This document shows, one piece after another, positions 25,097-36,128 of a stretch of 64,000 nucleotides of DNA. The notes below the pieces were generated by a model. It saw nothing but the letters and a program-made list of their open reading frames with translations, did not search any database and was not told the DNA's origin. The first letter of the stretch is position 1; each line of letters begins with the position of its first letter. Source of the stretch: Lepidodermella squamata (taxonomy: Eukaryota; Animalia; Gastrotricha); contig JBLDXI010000024.1 of assembly GCA_047495785.1 (NCBI GenBank), positions 2,666,001 to 2,730,000 of the forward strand. The letters run 5' to 3'. The position numbers were made by a program, and so were the translations under genes.

Positions 25097-28000
25097 CTAC
25101 AAGCGTTCACACAGAGCAGCATAACCATCACCATCATCGCAGTTGTCCCGTCGAAGTTGGCCGTTTAACAAGGTCACGCCTGGAAAATAAATCGTACACA
25201 ATCGTCATAAATAGCGGCAAAATTCGCCTTTCTCACAGGCACTCAAATCAACGACGGCATCGCCGCTTGGCGGGGCTGCGAATGGCGGCATTTTGTACGT
25301 CTCCCCTGTTATCCACGAATAGCTGTTCGGGTCTGTGCGTTGGCCGGCTGTGAATGCTGCACGACTAGCGGCGGTGAACAATTGAAGCGCAGCGTTGAAG
25401 GTCGCTTCATCCTTGATTACTGCCAGAGTTTTATTCCGGCTCTGACAATAGCTGACCCCGGCTGATAAGCTTCCAACCGTTGGCGTTAGCTCCAGATCCT
25501 GCCCATTCTGTTAACACGCAATTGTTGTGTAATTGAAACTCCCATCGATGACTATTACTTACAGCGCTTGAGCAAACTGTTTTCTGGAGAAAAGCACCAC
25601 AATCCCAATTCGAAATGCCTTCACCAGAAATAGCCATACCTGTCAATTGCAATAGATATTTACAATGAAAAACATGAAAGAAGAGTAGTTAATTGACGAA
25701 AAACGAAATACTTAACCGGCTTCTCAAATAGAATCGGGAACTACTTCTACGAACAATCACATGGTGCAGTCAGCGCTTGAAAAATTAACTGATTTAGTTT
25801 TTGTCCCGCCCCAAATCTTTGCTTATAACCGCGCTCAAATTCGCTTGGACAATCAGGTATTGGTTTGAAATCATTAACAAGACAGATGGGAAGTAGTTGT
25901 GTTCATCCCAGATATCTCCATTTGGAAAGCTGATTTGAGCATGCGGTTTTCTGCGGTGTGTTGTTTATGGGACGAGGAATAATATCGTAGACTTTTTCAA
26001 CATGAATTCGAGAAACATGATCCCATGAGCTTGAAGAAGGCAACTATTATTTAAATTCCTCCTTAATAAAAAAATGCGAATTGAATAGTTTTTACAAAAT
26101 TTGTTCCTCATAACTTTTCTCACTGGTTAATCGGATCTCTGTGACGATATCCAACCTTTGAAGTTCTACAAACGAGAAAGGACATTTCGAGCAGTGACTT
26201 TGATTTGATTTGATTTGATTTGATTTATTCAGTAAATCACAGGTCTCTGTAAATCAATCATTTCAAATCAAATAAAAAAAAATGGATAGTAAATCAATCA
26301 AATCAAATCATCAAGCCCGTTTAAATCAAATCAAATCAAATCTTTCGCATATGGAAACATGATTATCATGGTAAATTTCTGGGGGTTCTTTCAAATTTCA
26401 AGCTTGGTTTTGGTTGAATGTGTTTGAAAGGGGATGAATAGCTCCGGGCTTTAGAAAACAGCTGTTTTCAAGGCAAATGTTTAGTTCTCATGTTTAGTAA
26501 CAGGGGGAATTCCGAGAGTTCTGATTTTTATAAATCAGCAGTAAATCAAGTGGGCTAAATTTAAATCAAATCAAATCATCCTGAAATTTTCTAAATCAAA
26601 TCATCAATAAATCAAATCATCAAAAAATGGCCTAAATCAAATCAAATCCCAATCAAATCAAATCAAATCAAAGTCTCTGATTTAGAGTTGCTTAGAAAGT
26701 TCAGAGCCATTTTAGAAGGCAAAAGATTATTCACAGGCCTTCTATAAATCACGATGAAGCCCTAATTTAGGTTCAAGTCGATAGCAATACATGACTCACA
26801 TGCGCCGTATGATTGCGGAGCGTCTGGCATCCACCAAGGCGAATCAATCGGAATAACACTGCCGTTTGGGAATGTGTAGTCGGGGAACAAACCGACAAAC
26901 GTAGGCGTCGAAGGATCGACGATCTGCGCGGCTTCAGCGATATCAGCAGGCGATTGGAAGGTAGCCAGGCGGCTGGTCGGCGACTTGCAGGCGTTCAACT
27001 GATGACGGAAATAGCCGACATCAAGCGGAGACAAGAAATACTTCGACTGCGGCCGCAAGTCGGCCAAGCAGGCAGCGTAGTTGTTGGCAAATACTGTCGA
27101 GTTGGTGAAGGTTTTCACCTGATTGATAACTGTGGTCAAACTGAGAAAGCGAGACGCAGTGTTACTTACCATGGTGGAACCGTCCGGGCACAAGTTATAG
27201 CACTTTTTGCCGGCAGGGGATTCGCACTGGGCCGCATACTATATTCAAAACAAAAATGAAGATCAATACTGAACTTCATCAAGAGTCAGGGATCAGGGAA
27301 AGCAAAGAATCTACTTTGATACGGCATCATTTTTCTGTGAGGGATTACCCAATTTGATGAAATAAGATCATTGATACCCATGATAAGCAGGTGGGTTTGT
27401 TCCTGTAAAATCCAGTAGAAAATTCAGCTGTTTCACCGGCACGGCACCCCGTGGTGCTCAATCGGCAACCGGAGAATTCGCTGCTTGTAGCATTGAAACA
27501 GCGAATGTGCGGCTTCACGGAATCAGCAGTTTCACCTGAAATTTCACGTTTTTTTGCTCACTCAAATTTCATTCGATGTTTGGTCACGCTAGGGGCTACG
27601 ATGATGAAATGTAAGTCAAAACTTACTGCTGCCTTTTGAGAGACAATCGCCCAAGTTCGAGAATCCGTTCGTAAATGGTTTCGTCTAAATCATAAGTACG
27701 CTCGATTTTTCGCAAAATTTCAAGGTCGAATCTTACTAAATTATTAGGGCACGAGACAGTGTTGGGTACACAGGTAGAGAACGTCCGAGTCGCATTCGCA
27801 CACAAGTCAAATCTGCGATTCTTAGTTACGAAAATGCACCACTTATTTTTATATTTGATACATGGCTACAAATATTTTACCATGAGATTTTTTAGATCGT
27901 TCAAACATGCCGCCTCATTAGTTCTAAATGGAAATGCGCCATTGTGAGAGTTGCCGATCTGGATGTGAAGAAAGATGTTGAAAAAAGAGATTGATTATAG

Positions 28001-28724
28001 GATTTTCGTTATTATATGATTACCGTATTTGTTCCTAAAGCAGCCCGGGCTACTAGGATTTCAGCCTCAGAATTTTGGAAAATTCAACAAATAATTTTTA
28101 GTGAATCGTTCACTTTTTATGTTTTCGAACCGACTTGACCACTCAACCCTGGGCTACTATTAGGGATGGGCGATTATTAGTGGATGGGCTACTATTGGAA
28201 CAAATACGGTATATGATTATGGATTTTTTTGATAATAGGAATTTCGAAAATTAGCTGTGAGAAAAATGAATAATTCAAAAAAAATTAATTCGATAATTAC
28301 TATAACCTATGTCTATTGGCTTGCTGACAAACCATGATTTCCTCCGCCGAATTACATCCAGGTATTCCAGGCCGACAGGTCCCTGAATTCGTACGAAATC
28401 GATAGCACAATCTGCTGGTCTGTGGTCAACAGCGGGTAAGATTAAACGGAATCGAACAGAAAAAGTGCAAACCGCTCGAAGGCAGGCTGTCTGACTGGAA
28501 TGACTGCTGCCGTACTGTGCGGAAATGAATCAATGCCGAAATATTTGAAATAAAATTTATGAAAAACCAACCCGATATTCTCGCAGTAGCGGACAGCCTT
28601 TCGGCAGTTGGCGGCAATCAGAGAACACGTCGTTGAATTGCGAGAAGCATCGAACCCAGTCAGCGCATCGCACCATATCAGCAGCCACGATAAACGAAAC
28701 CAATGCCGAGATCACCAGATTCAT
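25097..28724 (-). CDS. Secreted multi-exon protein with N-terminal 4-Cys repeats and C-type-lectin-like domains (possibly disrupted, or two genes)
   Basis: ATG at 28724 with signal peptide MNLVISALVSFIVAA. GT-AG exons give repeated C..FS.C..C..F..CL units, a CTL-like segment (ACKSPTSRLATFQS..FVGL..WWMPDAP..C) and a terminal CTL (YCQSRNKTLAVIKDE..YSWITGE..CVTL..DNC..ALCERL*, stop 25097-25099). The in-frame stop at 26762 and the 25650-26760 region are unresolved. Confidence 0.6.
26192..26679. mobile_element. hAT-like MITE with (AAATC)n subterminal repeats
   Basis: Termini CAGTGACTTTGATTTG...CAAATCAAAGTCTCTG; 8-bp TSD ATTTCGAG/ATTTAGAG (7/8 match). Confidence 0.8.
28023..28209. mobile_element. 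Tc1/mariner-pogo-like MITE
   Basis: TIR CCGTATTTGTTCC/GGAACAAATACGG, TA TSD, internal GGGCTACTA repeats; lies in an intron of the minus-strand gene. Confidence 0.8.
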
Positions 28725-29241
28725 TTTTGTGTGAATTAAATTTTTTCAAATGATAAGTGATAAGTTAACTGATTGATAATATAACGTAAATTTGTTTTTG
28801 TTTTTCTGTGGAAATCGCGCGCCGGCTTAGTAATAAAGTTGACCCAGGCACGTGCCCTCCCGGATTAACGACATTTTCATCATTGATTTTCATTTTCATC
28901 ATCGAAATCAGGCGCGCGTTTCTTCACGATTCATTCTTTTTCGTGTGGATTTATTATTGTTATTGTGGATATGTGATTTTTCATTGATTTTTAGCCGGTT
29001 TTATAAGATCTAAGAAAATTTGAATTGCTATCAACTTTAAGTAGCTCAATAGCAAAACATCGTCGCTAATTGAGGTTAATTTTTATTGAAAATGCCATTG
29101 ATTTGTTTAGAATTTTCTCGAAAATGACTCATCTACTTATTCGATACCGACGTTGATGCATTTTTTTGCGGCCATCCCGTTGCTGGCCAAGATCGCATTA
29201 GATGTTTTTGGCAATTCTACGGCACCTTCGTCTGCTGCCGA

Positions 29242-30042
29242 CATAGACATAATTTAGGATAGACTGCTTACTGCTCACAAGAAAAAGGGTGCTACGCCAT
29301 GGGCGCAAGATGGTCAGCTGATTCATCAGCGCTTGGAGGAAAAGTAAACAAAGTATTCGATTGGTTTTTTACTGGTTCCTTGACGGTTTTGATTTTCCCA
29401 ACGGATCCAAACTGAGGAAATCACAAGGAACACGCTGATTATTTTTTCGAAATTTTTGAAGGAATTTCAACTGGTATGGACGAAAAATTGTTTCGCAGTT
29501 TTAAATAGAAATAATTTTGAATAATTTACCTTGAAATAACCAAGCAGTTCAAAATCTGTGCGATTAAACAATTCCTCCGAAATATTCACTGATTTTGCCA
29601 ATATCGTAAAGCTCAATCAATCGATAAATCAGAAATCACCCGATAACTTTGCAGTCGAAATTCGTATTCGAATTCTGCTTTCGGCTTATTTCTTTGCCTC
29701 AGCTCGTTTTTATGGCTCCGAAAATTTTGAAAAAATAACCGACGTGTTCTCCGCATGACACCCTCTTTCTGAATCTGTCAACCCATTAGCGCGGATCCAG
29801 CTAAAAACTCAACGGAATATTATGTTTACCTCACCTACAACCTCCAATCCCCTCCAAGCTTCTGTCAGAATCCATCAACCAAACATGTAGAAAAATCGAA
29901 ACCGTCTCGGTACTAGCCAAAAACCAACGGACTATTTTGTTTACTTCACTTCCAAGCACTGATGAATCAGCTGACCACCTGGCGCCCATGGCGTAGCACC
30001 CTTTTCTCGTGATTACGCAGTCTATTCTAAATTATGTCTACG
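29242..30042. mobile_element. P-element-like MITE with long TIRs
   Basis: Imperfect TIRs of about 125 bp starting CATAGACATAATTTAG and ending CTAAATTATGTCTACG; perfect 8-bp TSD GCTGCCGA (29234-29241, 30043-30050). Confidence 0.82.
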
Positions 30043-30187
30043 GCTGCCGACCAAAATTAGAAGTCCATATTTCATTTTCGAGATTTCTTTACTTTACAAA
30101 AAGCCCGACATTTTTACGCTAATCCCCAGAACCCCAGAACAGCAATTAAAATCACAGGGTCGATAGCAGTCGAAAATAACGCGACGG

Positions 30188-30653
30188 GCTGTTAAGCAAA
30201 GGTCAAAATATATGGTCGCCTGATCAACTATAGAGCGGACGAAGTTGGTCTTGAAGAGGAAGCCACTTCAATCCAGCTGAATGATCGGAAATGGTATCGT
30301 CAGGCTGTTAGCGCATTTCGGTCATCTTAGTCTCGATATGCAGTGTCAAAGTCCAACTACTTGTTGCTGGCTCAGTCGCGATGGTGGGACTGGTCGGGTT
30401 GGTGGGTGTGATTTCTTTCATACCATATAAATCAATTGATAGAATCACCTGCTGCCAAGCGCCATTGATGCTATCATATCGACCGTCAGAGCAACACGTA
30501 GTTGGACTTTGACTCCGCGTAAAATCTGGCCTAAGGTGGTAAATTTCTCTCATAACCGTCACTCCTCTCATAGCTTTTGTCGCCTACGTTGAAACGGACC
30601 CAGGACATTACAAACATTTGTATAAGGACAATTCCACCAGTGTTTTCGATTGA
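30188..30653 (+). pseudogene. Degenerate duplicate of the last exon of Cys-loop gene A2, interrupted by an insertion of about 210 bp
   Basis: Aligns to 24013-24285 (GCTGT.AAGCAAAGGTC...GAAACGGACCCAGGACATTACAAACA...GTTTTCGATTGA) with stops and indels; unrelated sequence at about 30328-30540. Confidence 0.8.
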
Positions 30654-30736
30654 TCACATTGATTGCAATTTCCTGAGTCAACCGTTTGTACCTCGCTCGA
30701 GTCACATGTTTTTCATCCTCTGTTTTTACCCCAGCT

Positions 30737-31873
30737 ATGGCATTGCTAAATAAATGCTTTGTTGTGTACTGTCTCTGCAAATTCGCAATATCTGCTCCCC
30801 TTGTTGATGATCCGGTAGAGATAATCCTGAGCAAATGTCGAATGCAGCCGTTCATCAACTCACCTGGTGAAGTATCGGGCAGTTCGACTCCGATTAACTT
30901 AGATTTCAGGCTAGATCGAATAATCGGAATTGACGATGTCGAAGAGACGTCCGTTTTCATTGGCTTAGCCAGGTTATCATGGAATCAACCCTGTCTTCAA
31001 GAGATAGCGGCCGAAATTTTCAATGCAACGCAAATGGCGATACTCCAGTTAAACGGCGACGCCGTTGACAAATTATGGTGGCCGCCTATCTACCATCGAA
31101 ACAGCATGGACGACATTGAAATGAGTGCTAAATTTGCTAAAATTCGCCGTGTTTTTTTCAGCAACGGCGAAAATACGATGCAGTTCACAGGGACGTTTTA
31201 CTCCTACTGCGATTTAGATCTTCGCCTGTTCCCATTCGACAGTCAAACATGTTGTGTGACATTTTACACGATGGCTTATGGGCTCACGCAATACGTACAC
31301 TTCAATTCAACATTATTAGACAAATTCCGTGGCAACTTGAATATCATGCCAGCCGGGTCGATTTGGGAGTTGACGGGAAACTCAAGTCGGATACAGGGCG
31401 GAGATAGAGCCGAATTTTGCGTTAATTTGAAACGAAAATCAGACTACTATATCATCAACATTTTGTTGCCGAGTTTTATTCTCTGTTTCCTGCAAATATC
31501 ATGCTTCTTGCTTCCGGCGAATGGCGAGGAAAGATCGAACCTTGGCTGTACAATTATGCTATCGATCTATGTGCTTCAAAGCCAAGTTTTAGGAATTTTG
31601 CCAATGACGGCTCAGCCTATTTTAGCGGGATATTTCTTTCTTGGTCAGACGATTTTTGCAACAGTATGCATAATCTATTCAGAGGCCATATGCCTCTATA
31701 TCAATGCGTATCCCGAGCAGGCCGATCGTAAAATTGTCATCAAATGGAACTCTGTAGAATTTGGAAAAACCACCTACTCTGCTGTAGTCGATGGCATATG
31801 CATCGCTGTGTTTATTTTGGCGCTTGGAATGTTCTGGAGCTGCCTCGCAATCGCTTTTTCATACACTGATTAA
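30737..31873 (+). CDS. Intronless Cys-loop ligand-gated ion channel subunit B1
   Basis: Single ORF: signal peptide, WWPPIYHRNS, Cys-loop CDLDLRLFPFDSQTC, LKRKSDYYIINILLPS (M1), GEERSNLGCTIMLS (M2), LP.TAQP, very short M3-M4 loop. Confidence 0.9.
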   Translation: MALLNKCFVVYCLCKFAISAPLVDDPVEIILSKCRMQPFINSPGEVSGSSTPINLDFRLDRIIGIDDVEETSVFIGLARLSWNQPCLQEIAAEIFNATQMAILQLNGDAVDKLWWPPIYHRNSMDDIEMSAKFAKIRRVFFSNGENTMQFTGTFYSYCDLDLRLFPFDSQTCCVTFYTMAYGLTQYVHFNSTLLDKFRGNLNIMPAGSIWELTGNSSRIQGGDRAEFCVNLKRKSDYYIINILLPSFILCFLQISCFLLPANGEERSNLGCTIMLSIYVLQSQVLGILPMTAQPILAGYFFLGQTIFATVCIIYSEAICLYINAYPEQADRKIVIKWNSVEFGKTTYSAVVDGICIAVFILALGMFWSCLAIAFSYTD

Positions 31874-32006
31874 AAAATCATTATTCAAATACAATATCAA
31901 CTCTTGCATCAAAATAACTTAACCATTGATCGCGATTTCCTGAGTCTACAGTCATATGCGCGATTCGCTATCATTCGCATTTCAATTTTCCACTCTGACT
32001 GGAGCC

Positions 32007-33134
32007 ATGTTGAATAAATTACCTGTCGTGTTTTGCTTTGTTACCTTGGTCAGATCAGCTCCTCTGTATGATGATCCGGTTGACATTGTTTTAAGCAAAT
32101 GCAGAGCCCAGCCTTTCATCAACTCACCTGAAGAGGAATCGGGCAAGCCTGTTTCAGTTAACGTAGATTTCGGCCTGGAACGGTTGCTTGAAATCGATGA
32201 TGTTGAGGAAACGACTCTTTTCGTGGGTATGGTTATACTATCGTGGAACCAATCCTGCCTGAAAGACATAGGCCCTGAAATTCTCAATGCAACAAAAATC
32301 AGGCAACTGATGCTAACCGGCGATGATGTGCAGAAGTTCTGGTGGCCTCAAATTTACCATCGAAACAGTGTTGATGACATTGCGATGAGTGATAAATTCG
32401 CCAAAGTTCGCCGAATTAGTTTCAATGAAGGCCTCAACAGAATGCAATTGTCGGGAACTTTCTACTCGTACTGCGATTTGGACTTTCGCCTGTTTCCTTT
32501 CGATAAGCAAACCTGCTGTTTGAAATTTTACTCACTGGGGTATATAGAATACGTTCAACTCAATTCTGTAGTAATCACCACACTTCGAGGCAACGTCGCA
32601 GTCATGCCTAAAGGCTCGATTTGGCAAATGTTAGGAGACAAAACCAGCATTAATATAAACAGAGATATTGCCGAGGTCTGCTTCAACTTGCAGCGAAACT
32701 CGGACTATTTCATAATTAACATTTTCGCTCCGAGTTTTCTTCTGTGTTTCTTACAACTATCCTGCTTCTTGTTGCCGGCGAATGGCGAGGGAAGATCAAA
32801 CCTTGGTTGTACAATTATGTTGTCGATCTACGTGCTGCAAAGCCAAGTTTTAGGCATTTTGCCAAAGACAGCCCAGCCAATTCTAGCGGGGTACTTCTTC
32901 CTCGGCCAAACGGTTTTTGCAACTGTATGCATCATCTACTCTGAGGTCATATGTCTCTATATCATAAATTATCCAAAGCATGCCGATCGCCAAATCTTGA
33001 TCAGATTTGGTTCTCGTAGCTTTGGCAAGACCACCTTCTCAGCTCTGGTCGACGGGGTGTGCATCATCGTGTTCATATTAGCGCTCGGACTGTTCTGGAG
33101 TGGTCTTGCTGTCGCTTACTCGTCTACACAATGA
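32007..33134 (+). CDS. Intronless Cys-loop ligand-gated ion channel subunit B2
   Basis: Tandem paralog of B1; CDLDFRLFPFDKQTC, GEGRSNLGCTIMLS; starts 133 bp after the B1 stop. Confidence 0.9.
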   Translation: MLNKLPVVFCFVTLVRSAPLYDDPVDIVLSKCRAQPFINSPEEESGKPVSVNVDFGLERLLEIDDVEETTLFVGMVILSWNQSCLKDIGPEILNATKIRQLMLTGDDVQKFWWPQIYHRNSVDDIAMSDKFAKVRRISFNEGLNRMQLSGTFYSYCDLDFRLFPFDKQTCCLKFYSLGYIEYVQLNSVVITTLRGNVAVMPKGSIWQMLGDKTSININRDIAEVCFNLQRNSDYFIINIFAPSFLLCFLQLSCFLLPANGEGRSNLGCTIMLSIYVLQSQVLGILPKTAQPILAGYFFLGQTVFATVCIIYSEVICLYIINYPKHADRQILIRFGSRSFGKTTFSALVDGVCIIVFILALGLFWSGLAVAYSSTQ

Positions 33135-33587
33135 AGAATCTCTGTTTTGGAACTTTTTTCGCTGGTTTATTTTATTAAGCGCTTTATACTTTTTCTGAAT
33201 CTCCGAAAAACTCATAAAATGAGAGGTCGATCTATAAATCCTAAATTATTCATCAATCCATTATCATTTCTTTCATTATGCGTAAGAAAGTCCTATTTTG
33301 AGTGTCCATATAGCTTTCAAAAGACTCAATAAATAAAATAGCTATTTTAATACTCATTTGTTTCCCATTCCGGAGTATGATAGTATCAAGTGACAGTAAC
33401 TTCCTGGAGTGCGACCCACATTTTGTGAAAAGGGACACGTCTCGACTATATTTTCCTACGTTCTCTTCCTGGTTTATGCACTTGTGTCATATCCTGTCCT
33501 TTCGGTGCTAAATTACGAGGGACCCAATGATAGGGGTATTTAAACCCTATCAATTGCGAACGAGATTTCATCAAATATTAACTCGAT

Positions 33588-34852
33588 ATGAATTATACAG
33601 ATTATCCGACCATCGGTAAATCATGGGTCCTTGCTAGTTTCCCTGAGCGAGGTTACGATGAGTTGAGGCCATACTTCATCGGCTGGTATCACGACTTAGG
33701 AGCTACGACACTTGAAAAGCGACTAATCTACGCGCTATTCTTCTTCGATTTCGACTTTATTCGTAGCTGCAGCTAACGTGGTTAACATCGCCATTTATCA
33801 CAAGAGGCGAGTTAGGCATGATTTCTTAGTTCTGAGCTCAATTTTAGCGGCTAGTTGCACCCTTTTCTGCATAGCCTACAGCGTCCTAGTCGCGATGACA
33901 GCTCGAACGGGCTTCTGGGATGGCGATGCAATGAGCTGTGTCTGTTTGCAGTGGTTCCTTTTCACTAGTGGAACAGCTGGCCCATGGCTATTCATGCTGA
34001 TAAGCTACGAGAGGAAACTACGTTTGCTCTCAAACGACCCAAATTCTAGATCTAACTCTAAGAAGGTAAAAACCTTCAAGGCATAGCCCGACGTCCGTAA
34101 CTAGGCCAATTTTTCAGGTTGCGATTCTCGCTGGCGTTTCGATGTTTGTCATTTCGCTAACCTGGGCAACGCTTTGTTTCTACCCCCTTCAATCTTATAC
34201 GATGAAATACGTTGTTGTCTCTGGTTTGAACGGTGATAAACCTGTTCCAATCTGCACAAGCTTCGGCTATCGGATGTTCGGAAAATACGATTCATCAATT
34301 CTGGTTACCATCTATTATGCCGTGTCGTTATTCTTGTGCCGAATTCGATGATCGCGCACAACTATTGGTAAGTATTGTTTAGGGACCATGAGAATGCATA
34401 AAATGAATCTGTTTACTCGAAGGAAAATATTCAGTATATTTAACTCCGTCAAGAGACAAATGAGTGCCTCGCGTTCTCTAGGACCTTCAATTCGTTCATC
34501 AGCAACTTCACAGCGAGGGGCAATGCATTCAGAGTGGCAGAAACGAGAGCTGTTTTTCGTCAAGCAATCACTTGTTTCATATTTTGCATTCACGATTTCA
34601 CACGTACCAGTTCTAATATCGTTTATTCTGATTGTTTTCTACGACGATCTTGGCCCACGTATTCTGACCGCCGAGCTTCATAAGCTTTCGGTAGTCATCT
34701 ACACTGTTGAGATGGTTCTGGGGCCGATGATTCAGAGCGTTCGGCCGGGGTTCACCGATGATATATTTCAATTGGCCGTGCGAATGTCGTCCATTTTCGC
34801 TCGGAAGAGTAGCCGACGCATTGGCGATGCAGCGAATTTCTCCAGATGTTGA
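33588..34852 (+). pseudogene. Class A GPCR paralog G6 with two frameshifts (pseudogene or assembly indels)
   Basis: Homologous to G1-G5. A +1 shift near 33744 (TTCTTCTTCG) leads to a stop at 33776; a -1 shift lies near 34323. Confidence 0.75.
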
Positions 34853-36128
34853 AGGAAAATCTCATTATCTGAAAAGTCCGATTTGATCCAATCTCACGAT
34901 AGCAATGTTGTCTTTTATATAATGCATGAAATGCCCTTGGCTTACCAGCAAATGTATATACTCTGTCAATGGCGTAGGTGAAGTACATTACTTGCAAGCT
35001 TTAGCGTTATATGGTATAATATTTCCTTAATCAGCTAATGTATCACTGCTCCCATCCGTAAGGCCTGCATGTTGGAATGCAGCGCTTGAGGTGGTCCTTG
35101 TACGGGCAGCAAGGAATTCCGACCAAAGGATCGTTAAGGTTGCAAGCGTTGCAAACATCGTCGCGATTGGTATTTGGGCAGCAGGGAACAGAGTCCGCCT
35201 ACAAGAAAAAGTTTCATTTTCATTGTTGAATTCTGAATTCTTTGAAAGCACTTACAGCTGAGGTGAATGCGAAAAGAGCAGCCATGTAGAGCATGGCGAT
35301 CAGGAGAATAGCCTTGATATTCATGGTAATGCGAGTTAATGTTGATAGTACTGATTACTATGCGTGAAATTAATTGCTTATTACTTGGGGTATTTATACG
35401 AGCGCCACAGGTCGGCCTCATTTTTTAGGGTGTACTATTTTCCTTTTTTATTGCATATCTGACAGACGTGCTTGAGCATGAGAAAACATATTATTCCGTC
35501 TCGGGGCGATATAGAATTTCTCACGCCAATATTGATCCGTTCGAATAAAAAAACAACATGACCCAGCATGACATAAGTGACCTGGTTATCATCGAGCTCC
35601 CTGTTTAAGAAGAAAAAGTCTAGCCATAGGGAACTTTATGATCACTGCGTTCTCTTTGTGTTTAGCAGAATACTTTTTTTGTGTAAAATAAAACCACCAC
35701 AACAACTTTTTTAATCATTAAAATTTTATCTTTTTCAACCGATAGCCTTGAAAGATGGACTAAATGCGGCGCAGTGATGGATGTAGGCTGAATGCTGATT
35801 GCGATGTGATACGAGTGAAGCGCAGCACTCTCTTCTAAAGCGACTATTCAAATGCGATTCGGAATCAAGACACGTGACCATATAAAATAACCGGATCATC
35901 TGTTTGCGCACAAGAGCAGACCAAGAATTTATGAATAATTTAGGTCCTACGCACTAAAAAATCAGTTTCTAGTTAATATTTCATAAGTATCACCTGCTTA
36001 CAGGTGGTTCGCCTTCGCAATGCCCAAATCACTTGACGAAATATTAATGATAAGTAAACAACATTTTTGGGTCTCACCTGAGGGAAGAGCATGGTATCGT
36101 CATTATATCCTTTTGTCGAGGTTGGAAA

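Noticed and set aside
26196-26672. (AAATC)n arrays as a satellite or CRISPR-like repeat
   Set aside because: They are subterminal repeats of a hAT MITE with TIRs and TSD; there is no repeat-spacer structure and the DNA is eukaryotic.
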